In this document: positions 8,176 through 15,992 of the stretch, piece after piece
Position numbering within the stretch: the stretch's first letter is position 1
Layout of the letters: every line of letters starts with the position of its first letter
NCBI GenBank assembly: GCA_965112635.1
Contig: OZ218778.1
Span: 2,624,001 to 2,688,000 of the forward strand
Origin: an uncultured bacterium
GTDB taxonomy: Bacteria > Oederibacteriota > Oederibacteriia > Oederibacteriales > Oederibacteriaceae
Reading direction: 5' to 3'
DNA: 64,000 nt
Notes under the pieces: model-generated
What the model saw: only the letters and a program-made list of their open reading frames with translations
The model's database searches: none
Told to the model about the DNA's origin: nothing
Program-made: the position numbers and the translations under genes

Positions 8176-11100
8176 TTATTTAATAATAACGACCTTCACC
8201 GCAGTTTTGAAGGTCGGCCCTGCCGCCAATGGCTGGGCCTCAACAGCTGCAATATAAACCCCTGAAGCCACTGCATTCACATCCCATGGCAAAACTTGGG
8301 TCCCCATCCCTCCCGGCGACCTCAAAGTAATGATCAAATTCCCTGCTAGATTATAGATATTGATCCTCAAACTCGCGCTTTGGCTCAGGTCAACCTTGAA
8401 ATATATGGTTTGAGTCCCCCCTGCCCTATAGGGATTAGGATAAGCTTTGGCTCCAAATGGGGCATTGGTCGAGGCTTGCAGTACCGTGACGCTCTTGGCA
8501 AAGGTTACTCTCCCCCCGTGATAGATTTGTTCAGCCTTAATGATAAATTCACCGTTCTGCACCATGTTACCCAAACCGGTGGTTCCGTCCCAGGTGATCC
8601 TGCTGGGTGTCAAACTTCCCCCGCTGTCGGAAAGATACAACCCGCTATCCCCCAAAGCCCCTATCCCCACGGTCCCATTCTGACTGCTACCGGCCAGAAG
8701 TAGGTTGCTGCTCAAAGCTATTCCCGTCAGCTCACCCGAAGTACTGTAGCCCTGGTAGATCACTTTGACCAATTCGCCCGACGGCGTATAAATGGAAATA
8801 CTGAGTTGGTTCCCCAGGCTCGTTACCGTAATACTGTTGAGGAAAACGGTAATGTTGCCGGACTGGTTGACTTCGGACTTCAAAATGTAGGTTCCAAGGG
8901 TAACAGCATTACCCAGGTCGTTAGTTCCATCCCAGCTCACATGCCACTGCCCCTTCTTGGTGGTTAAGATAATATCCAGAGGTACCCCCGAGTTCTCCAC
9001 AAAAGCTCCGCTACCGCCAAGGGTAATGGTAAGGTCGCTTAAATTGCCGAAAACCACTATCGTCCCTAGGGTTTTAACCAGCTCGCCATTATTGGCATAA
9101 ATTCTGAGATTGACACTGATGGCCGGAGGCGTAGGCGTAAAAGTGCCAGAGGAAGTCAGAGTATAGGTGACCGTAAGTGTGCGGGAGGATGTATTCGTGG
9201 GTAAAGGAGTGGTGGTACTGGTGGCCGTCGAGGTGGATGTACCCGTGGCGCTCTGGGTAAAGGTCACGGTCGCGGTTGCTGAATTGGTACTGGTTAAAGT
9301 TATCGTAGAGGTCGGCGAGGTGGTCCAAGTATAGGATTGGGTATTAGTGGGCAGTGGGGTACCCGTCTCGGTGGCTGTACAAGACGAAGTGGCCGTAGAA
9401 GTTTGAGTAAAAGTTATGGTCACGGTCCCAGTATCGGTGCCGGTTAAAGTCGCCGTTGCGGTAGGCGAGGTGGTCAAGGTATTGGACTGGGTATTGGTGG
9501 ATTGCGGGGTCGCCGTCTCGGTCGCCGTACAGGAAGAAGTGGCTGTGGCAGTCTGGGTGAAAGTGATTGACTCGGTGACAGTATTGGTAGCGGTCGCAGT
9601 ATTAGTGAAGGTATTGCTAATGGTAAGGGTATTGGACACTGTATCAGTAAAAGTTGCTGTTGCAGTGGAGGAGGCAGTAACAGTCTCGGTCCCTGTAGAG
9701 GATGGGGTAACGGTCATGCTGGCCGTGAGCGTGGGTGTTGCGGTCGGCGAGGTCGTGGGTGTACTGGTAGCTGTGCCCGTATTGGTGGCTGTTGGTGAAT
9801 CGGTGACCGTGGCCGTTTCGGTCCCCGTAATGGTAGCCGTGGCCGTAGAGGTTACGGAGATCGTATTGGTAGCGGTTGCGGTGACCGTAGCTGTGGACGT
9901 AGCTGTAGCTGTATTGGTAGCGGTAGCCGTAGGGCTGGTGGTAGCCGTGTAAGTGGCTGTGGCCGTTGCCGTGGCGGTTTGGGATTGAGTTAGCGTGCCG
10001 GTGGCTGTGCCCGTGTTACTGGCTGTGGACGTAGCGGTACCTGTGGCAGTGGTAGTAGCGGTAGCTGTGGAAGTAGCCGTACTGGACGGTGAAATCGTAT
10101 CGGTAAACGTGGCCGTGGCCGTAGCTGTGGATGTTGATGTGGCTGAATTGGTAACTGTACCGGTGGCACTGGCCGTGGACGTAGCTGTAGCCGTAGCTGT
10201 GATTGTAGCTGTGGGTGAAGTGGTGAACGTAGCCGTAGCCGTGGCCGTGCTGGTAGCCGTGGCTGTGACCGTGGCTGTGGCTGTGGTCGTGGCGGTCTGG
10301 GATTGGGTCAGCGTACTGGTGGCTGTGGCCGTACTACTGGCTGTGGACGTAATCGTAGCTGTGGCTGTGGTAGTAGCGGTACCTGTGGAAGTGCCCGTAC
10401 TGGTCGGCGAAATCGTATTGGTAAACGTGGCTGTGGCTGTGGACGTGGATGTTGATGTGGCTGAATTGGTAACTGTACTGGTGGCACTGATTGTGGACGT
10501 AGCTGTAGCTGTAGCCGTGATAGTAGCTGTGGGTGAAGTGGTGAACGTAGCTGTAGCCGTGGCCGTGCTCGTGGCCGTGGCTGTGACCGTAGCTGTGGCT
10601 GTGGTCGTGGCGGTCTGGGATTGGGTCAGCGTGCTAGTAGCTGTGCTGGTAGAACTGGCTGTGGACGTAATCGTAGCTGTGGCAGTGGTAGTAGCGGTAG
10701 CTGTGGAAGTGCCCGTACTGGTCGGCGAAATCGTATTGGTAAACGTGGCCGTGGACGTAGCTGTGGATGTTGATGTAGCTGAATTGGTGACCGTACCAGT
10801 GGCACTGGCCGTGGACGTAGCTGTAGCCGTAGCTGTGATTGTAGCTGTGGGTGAAGTGGTGAACGTAGCTGTATCCGTGGCTGTGTTGGTGGCCGTGGCT
10901 GTGACCGTAGCTGTGGCTGTGGTCGTGGCGGTCTGGGATTGGGTCAGCGTACTGGTGGCTGTGGCCGTACTACTGGCTGTGGACGTAATCGTAGCTGTGG
11001 CTGTGGTAGTAGCGGTACCTGTGGAAGTGCCCGTACTGGTCGGCGAAATCGTATTGGTAAACGTGGCTGTGGCTGTGGATGTGGATGTTGATGTGGCTGA

Positions 11101-14100
11101 ATTGGTAACTGTACTGGTGGCACTGATTGTGGACGTAGCTGTAGCTGTAGCCGTGATAGTAGCTGTGGGTGAAGTGGTGAACGTAGCTGTAGCCGTGGCC
11201 GTGCTAGTGGCCGTATTAGTGGAGCTTGCCGTAGGGGTGGCTGTAGCTGTGGGTGAAGTGGTGAGCGTAGCCGTGGCCGTGGCCGTGCTGGTAGCTGTAG
11301 CCGTTGCCGTGGCTGTCTGGGACTGGGTTAGTGTGCTGGTAGCTGTACTGGTAGAACTGGCCGTGGATGTAGCGGTAGCAGTAGCCGTGGCTGTAGCTGT
11401 CGGTGAGGTGGTGAGCGTAGCCGTGGCCGTGGCCGTGCTGGTAGCTGTAGCCGTGGCCGTGGCTGTCTGGGACTGGGTCAGTGTGCTGGTGGCTGTACTG
11501 GTAGAACTGGCCGTGAATGTAGCGGTAGCTGTAGCCGTGGCTGTTGCTGTCGGTGAGGTGGTGAGCGTCGCCGTGGCCGTCGCCGTGCTGGTGGCTGAGG
11601 CCGTTGCCGTGGCTGTCTGGGACTGGGTCAGCGTGCTAGTGGCTGTACTGGTAGAACTGGCCGTTGCTGTGGCTGTAGCTGTCCTTGTGGCAGTCGCTGT
11701 AGTTGTCGCCGTACTTGTTTCGGTAGCCGTTGAAGTGGCATTGGTAGTCGCTGTTTGGGTTGCTGAATTGGTTGCCGTTGCCGTATTTGTTGCTGTTGTG
11801 GTCGCTGTAGCCGTGGCTGAGGGCGTGGCAGTGAGTGTAAATGTCGCCGTGCAGGTGGGAGCGCAGGGGCAGGCTCCTTCTCCGTTGCTTACCTGGAAAT
11901 CAGCGATGCTATCAAAACAGCTATAGAATCCCTCAGTGCATCCCATCGATGCTGTAGCCCCAAAACAAAATAGCGAGTTTCCGCTCCAGGCCGGCGTGAA
12001 AGGCGTATAAAGTGTGGTTTGCACCAAAACATCGTTGAGGTATAAATATAAATTAGTTCCATCCCACATCATTCTTACTTTCAACACAACACCATTTCCA
12101 AACAAGGTATTCTCGGTTCCAGCGGGAACAGTATAAGCTCCGCTGCCGCCAGCCGCCGCATAGGTAAATTCCAAACAAGTTGCGCTACACGCCGTATAAA
12201 TAACAAAATTAAATGGCGAATCACAGGAGGAGGGGTTATCACTTACCTCAAAGACATATTCATAAGCATGACCCAGCCACTGGGCGCTAGCCCAAGTCTG
12301 TCTGGCAGCCCAGCTCATGTTTGACTTCAGGTAGAAAGTAACATCCCCGCCGCAGGTACTGAAAATATTGCCTATTTCCGGGCCCGACCAGCTCCACCAT
12401 CCTGAATTGCCAGTTTGCCCGCCTGCGCCGAACCATACGCCGTCCGTGCCATTCTCAAAAGGACTGAAGTTTACAGAACCCCCTGCATTTAGATTGACCG
12501 TGCCTTGATACCCCTTGGTGGGAAAGACCGGATTACCATTGGCAGTTCCGCTGGGTTCTTCCGCGCTCTTCCCCGCTATATACATCTGCACGCAGGGGGG
12601 GTTAAAGGGCGTAACCGTAGGAGTGCTAGTGTTGGTCACTGCTACGAGACATGAACAGGATGCCGCGGAAGTAATTTGGAAATCAGCGATGCCGTCCATG
12701 GCAGGATGATATTGCGGAAAAGGATTAGCACTGGCCCCCAGGTTAAAGAGATTGCCAGCCCCCCAACTGGGGGCTTTAGGCGCGTAGGCGTGGGAGGCTA
12801 TGAGCTGGTCGTTCCAGTAAAAATAGACGTTCGAACCGTCCCAGTGCAGTCGCACTTTGGCTGCGACATTCAAACCAAAATTAGAATCGTTTAACCCGTT
12901 CACGTAATCACTAAAAACAGTTGAATCGCAGGCATAGTTGAATAGTATCCAACCGCCTCCCGAGCTGATCGAGGAAATATTGAATGTCCATAATTCAGTG
13001 CCGCTATTATCCGTGACATCAAAATACTCGGATTGTCCCCTGTTTCCCGCGTTTGCCCAGCTGTAATTGGATTTGATATAGAACGCGATGTCCCCGCCGC
13101 AAGTGTTGAAAAGATATTGAACCGGATAACTTGACCATTTCCAGGAAGCGCAGTTAGGCCCGCTTCCTGCGAAATCTATCCCATCCGTCGGGCTGCCCGC
13201 AGGCTCAAAAGGATCATAAGTAATGCTTCCCGAGTTCATCACAGTACCCGGGGGACCCGTCTGAGGGTTGACCGTTGAACCCGAAACCTCCGAACTTTTG
13301 CCATCGGCCAAAAATTGAACGCAGGAATAGGTAAAAGGTGTGGCTGTAGGCGTCGGCGTAATCGTTGATGTGGCTGTCTGCGTAGGCGTTGGGGTGCAAG
13401 CAGAACCCGTCAAAGCCAGGTCGTTAAAAAATATGGATACACTGGGCGTATCGCATTCGATTTCCACGCAATCTATCTGACTAAAGTTATTGGGGTTTAG
13501 GATGCCGTTTGTAAACCCGTCGTATCCGGTAGGACTGGCCAGCATTTGCAACTGGACAGTTACTTGAGTCCAGGTTGTTGGTGGAAGGGTCAGCGTACTG
13601 CTGCTAGACCAGGTAAAATTTGAGTTATCGTCCCTTAAACCTATACGATATTGAACCGGTGAGCTGGAGGTTGTATACATCCAAACTGACACAGAAGTAT
13701 AGCAGGACCAATCTTGGGGGACACCTGTGATATCCTCAACTTTTATCTGCAGATCATCACCGGTTGTTGCCGGAAAATCCGCTTCTAAAGATTGGTTACA
13801 GTTACCCGTATCGTAAACATAGGTGGAATTTTTAACAATATTTACAGCACCAGTCGGCAAACAAAAGTAACCGCACGGGTCGCTGTGTATAGAACACCCA
13901 TTCATTCGGTCCAGCATTGGATTCGGGTCAGTATAGGCCCAGCCAATAGAGGGTAGCATCAGGAATCCAATGAGCAGGACAAGCAAAAGGCGGACCCAAA
14001 CAGGGCGGAATTTGGGCGTAGCTCTAGCGTGTAAATGGAAAATTGGCTTTAAATTATCGGTTTTTTTCTTAACAGCATCCTCCGGCATGCCCTTATTCCT

Positions 14101-14142
14101 GTTTGGCCCAAAAAATTTATTCACAGCATTCCCTTTTCTCAA
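8176..14142 (-). CDS. Large secreted Thr-rich surface protein: CBM11-like and two ConA/LamG-like head domains, (Thr-X)n stalk, three FlgD-Ig/T9SS-CTD-like domains
   Basis: 1988 aa, TTG start. Long basic n-region, then h-region VRLLLVLLIGFLMLPSIGWA. Cys/Trp-rich head, a ~900-aa T-X stalk, and a C-terminus AYPNPY...IYNLAGNLI...WD...VASGVYI...KVVIIK matching the type-A T9SS CTD pattern. Confidence 0.8.
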   Translation of the reverse strand: MRKGNAVNKFFGPNRNKGMPEDAVKKKTDNLKPIFHLHARATPKFRPVWVRLLLVLLIGFLMLPSIGWAYTDPNPMLDRMNGCSIHSDPCGYFCLPTGAVNIVKNSTYVYDTGNCNQSLEADFPATTGDDLQIKVEDITGVPQDWSCYTSVSVWMYTTSSSPVQYRIGLRDDNSNFTWSSSSTLTLPPTTWTQVTVQLQMLASPTGYDGFTNGILNPNNFSQIDCVEIECDTPSVSIFFNDLALTGSACTPTPTQTATSTITPTPTATPFTYSCVQFLADGKSSEVSGSTVNPQTGPPGTVMNSGSITYDPFEPAGSPTDGIDFAGSGPNCASWKWSSYPVQYLFNTCGGDIAFYIKSNYSWANAGNRGQSEYFDVTDNSGTELWTFNISSISSGGGWILFNYACDSTVFSDYVNGLNDSNFGLNVAAKVRLHWDGSNVYFYWNDQLIASHAYAPKAPSWGAGNLFNLGASANPFPQYHPAMDGIADFQITSAASCSCLVAVTNTSTPTVTPFNPPCVQMYIAGKSAEEPSGTANGNPVFPTKGYQGTVNLNAGGSVNFSPFENGTDGVWFGAGGQTGNSGWWSWSGPEIGNIFSTCGGDVTFYLKSNMSWAARQTWASAQWLGHAYEYVFEVSDNPSSCDSPFNFVIYTACSATCLEFTYAAAGGSGAYTVPAGTENTLFGNGVVLKVRMMWDGTNLYLYLNDVLVQTTLYTPFTPAWSGNSLFCFGATASMGCTEGFYSCFDSIADFQVSNGEGACPCAPTCTATFTLTATPSATATATTTATNTATATNSATQTATTNATSTATETSTATTTATATRTATATATASSTSTATSTLTQSQTATATASATSTATATATLTTSPTATATATATATFTASSTSTATSTLTQSQTATATATATSTATATATLTTSPTATATATATATSTASSTSTATSTLTQSQTATATATATSTATATATLTTSPTATATPTASSTNTATSTATATATFTTSPTATITATATATSTISATSTVTNSATSTSTSTATATFTNTISPTSTGTSTGTATTTATATITSTASSTATATSTLTQSQTATTTATATVTATATNTATDTATFTTSPTATITATATATSTASATGTVTNSATSTSTATSTATFTNTISPTSTGTSTATATTTATATITSTASSTSTATSTLTQSQTATTTATATVTATATSTATATATFTTSPTATITATATATSTISATSTVTNSATSTSTSTATATFTNTISPTSTGTSTGTATTTATATITSTASSTATATSTLTQSQTATTTATATVTATATSTATATATFTTSPTATITATATATSTASATGTVTNSATSTSTATATATFTDTISPSSTATSTATATTTATGTATSTASNTGTATGTLTQSQTATATATATYTATTSPTATATNTATATSTATVTATATNTISVTSTATATITGTETATVTDSPTATNTGTATSTPTTSPTATPTLTASMTVTPSSTGTETVTASSTATATFTDTVSNTLTISNTFTNTATATNTVTESITFTQTATATSSCTATETATPQSTNTQSNTLTTSPTATATLTGTDTGTVTITFTQTSTATSSCTATETGTPLPTNTQSYTWTTSPTSTITLTSTNSATATVTFTQSATGTSTSTATSTTTPLPTNTSSRTLTVTYTLTSSGTFTPTPPAISVNLRIYANNGELVKTLGTIVVFGNLSDLTITLGGSGAFVENSGVPLDIILTTKKGQWHVSWDGTNDLGNAVTLGTYILKSEVNQSGNITVFLNSITVTSLGNQLSISIYTPSGELVKVIYQGYSTSGELTGIALSSNLLLAGSSQNGTVGIGALGDSGLYLSDSGGSLTPSRITWDGTTGLGNMVQNGEFIIKAEQIYHGGRVTFAKSVTVLQASTNAPFGAKAYPNPYRAGGTQTIYFKVDLSQSASLRINIYNLAGNLIITLRSPGGMGTQVLPWDVNAVASGVYIAAVEAQPLAAGPTFKTAVKVVIIK
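9960..11215 (-). repeat. Four imperfect 318-bp (106-aa) intragenic repeats in ABAB arrangement
   Basis: The marker gattg(a/g)gt (LTQSQT) recurs at 9983, 10301, 10619 and 10937. Units alternate STISATSTVTNSA and STASATGTVTNSA. Confidence 0.8.
11240..11690 (-). repeat. Three imperfect 150-bp (50-aa) intragenic repeats
   Basis: The marker gactgggt recurs at 11321, 11471 and 11621 (ASSTSTATSTLTQSQT...LTTSPT). Confidence 0.75.
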
Positions 14143-14224
14143 TTGTTTCCTAGATACCGTAAAACTCTCCCCTTAAAAAGGTGACCTTACATGCCCTCCG
14201 GACTCATGCCCCGTAGCCCTGCCC

Positions 14225-15967
14225 TTATTTTTGTATCCTGTCTTCCGCGTCCTTCAACAATGCCTTGGTCCTTTCATTGTTCGGGTCAATAGCCAGGGCT
14301 TGCTCATAGTATTTCTTGGCGTTTTGGAAATTCCCGTGGAGATATTCGTCGTATCCCTGCCGGGTCAGGTCTTTGCTCAAAGTCGTGATAGGCTCCTTGT
14401 TGTCCTCCAGCTTGTCTTTGGCATCTTTGCTGTCAGGGTCTAATTTCAGGATCTTGCACCAGTCTTTGGCCGCGTTATAGACATCCCGGTTCTGCATGGC
14501 GATGACAGCCTCCATGTACAGCTTGGTGATCTTGGTTTGGCGTTCCTGCTTGATGGCGGCAATGGCATCCAGGGCCTGCTGGTTACCCGGATGGGCGGCC
14601 AAAACCCATTCCCATTCCATCAGGGCCGCGACATAGTCTTCCTTGCTCAGATCGTCCTGGGCCCTCTTGCTGTACTCATCCACCGTGCCAGCCACTTTTT
14701 TCAGGTAGTTATCCGCGTTGGCGATCCTCCTGTCCACCGAAAGCAGCTTGGGGTTGAGTTCTTTGGCCTTTTTCCATTCCAAGATAGCTTCCACGTATTT
14801 CCCGCTTTGGAACAACTGGTCCCCTGCCGCGACACGCTGGGAGATCTCATCGGACTTCTGCTCTTCTTTGAGTTCAGATTCGGCGGTCGAGATCCAGCGC
14901 TGCACCTTTTTCAATTTTGGCTTGATCTGGAGGATCTTTTTCCAGGTTTCGATGGCGGGCTCCAAAAGACCCTGGTCGTAATAGATCAACCCTTGGGAAT
15001 ACAGGTCGTCGAGAGCTCCCAGTTTCCCGCTCCCCACTTCCAGCTCCCCAAAAGCCATGGTGGCTGAAATGCGCTGGGTTACCCCGAGGTCGCCGTAAGG
15101 AATGTAGGCATAATCGATACGGTAGCTCTCGTATTGAAATCCAACGCCCAGGGTCAGACCGTTGAATGCCCCCAGGGGGGGGCCCCCGATCTTATACCCC
15201 GCCCTCAAAGCGACCATCCTTTCCCACCACCACTCCACCCCGCAATTCAGGTACGTCGTCTCGTCCAGATATTGGATCAGGTCCACCACGTCGATGCCGG
15301 AATCCCATTCATAGGCGACCCCTAACCTCAGCGCCACGGGAAGCATGCTGGCGGTGGAGGACTGGGTAATGGGTGCGCCCAGGTTTAGCAGGGACATCCC
15401 CACATTGACCCCTTGGAGGGATGTTTTGTAGGACCCTCCCAGGTCCATGGCCAGGTAATCATAGGCGCTGACCCCGGAGATGTACAAACCCACCATCTTC
15501 AGGCTTCCTCCCACGAGCATCTGGTCCATCCAGCTGCCCATCGGATACAGATACCCCAGCTTGGTCCCATAGCTGACGGTCGCCGCGAAATCTCCCGAGG
15601 TGACTGAGGCCTCGATCCCGTTCGTGTTGTCAAACTGGGGCACGTTCAGGAACATAAAGCTTCCCGCCACCGCGCCCACCCCCACAGGCTGGGCTAAAGA
15701 CACAGCTTCATAAGTGGTGTCTGCCAGAAAGGCCATATGCATGAACGTGATTTGGGTATAATCCACCAGCCCCAGTCCGGACGGGTTCCACGGAACGCAG
15801 GTCACGTCATCCGAACCTGCGGCAAAAGCTTCTCCCATCCCGCTTGGCCTGGCTCCAACTCCGATGCGTAAAAAGGCCGGGCCCACTGTGCCTGGAGTGA
15901 ACGCAGCTTCAGCGGAAGCAATGGCGAACACAAACAACCCTAATAATATCAACGCTTTTTGTTTCAT
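14225..15967 (-). CDS. PorV/PorQ (UPF0164)-family outer-membrane beta-barrel with C-terminal TPR repeats
   Basis: 580 aa; signal peptide, GTVGPAFLRIGVGARPSGMGEAFAAGSDD...WNPSGL, barrel end IDYAYIPYGDLGVTQRIS, then TPRs (LYSQGLIYYDQGLLEPAIETWKKILQIKP; AKKYYEQALAIDPNN). Starts 25 nt after the giant gene's stop. Confidence 0.85.
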   Translation of the reverse strand: MKQKALILLGLFVFAIASAEAAFTPGTVGPAFLRIGVGARPSGMGEAFAAGSDDVTCVPWNPSGLGLVDYTQITFMHMAFLADTTYEAVSLAQPVGVGAVAGSFMFLNVPQFDNTNGIEASVTSGDFAATVSYGTKLGYLYPMGSWMDQMLVGGSLKMVGLYISGVSAYDYLAMDLGGSYKTSLQGVNVGMSLLNLGAPITQSSTASMLPVALRLGVAYEWDSGIDVVDLIQYLDETTYLNCGVEWWWERMVALRAGYKIGGPPLGAFNGLTLGVGFQYESYRIDYAYIPYGDLGVTQRISATMAFGELEVGSGKLGALDDLYSQGLIYYDQGLLEPAIETWKKILQIKPKLKKVQRWISTAESELKEEQKSDEISQRVAAGDQLFQSGKYVEAILEWKKAKELNPKLLSVDRRIANADNYLKKVAGTVDEYSKRAQDDLSKEDYVAALMEWEWVLAAHPGNQQALDAIAAIKQERQTKITKLYMEAVIAMQNRDVYNAAKDWCKILKLDPDSKDAKDKLEDNKEPITTLSKDLTRQGYDEYLHGNFQNAKKYYEQALAIDPNNERTKALLKDAEDRIQK

Positions 15968-15992
15968 GGGTCCGGCCCCCTCGGATTGTGAC

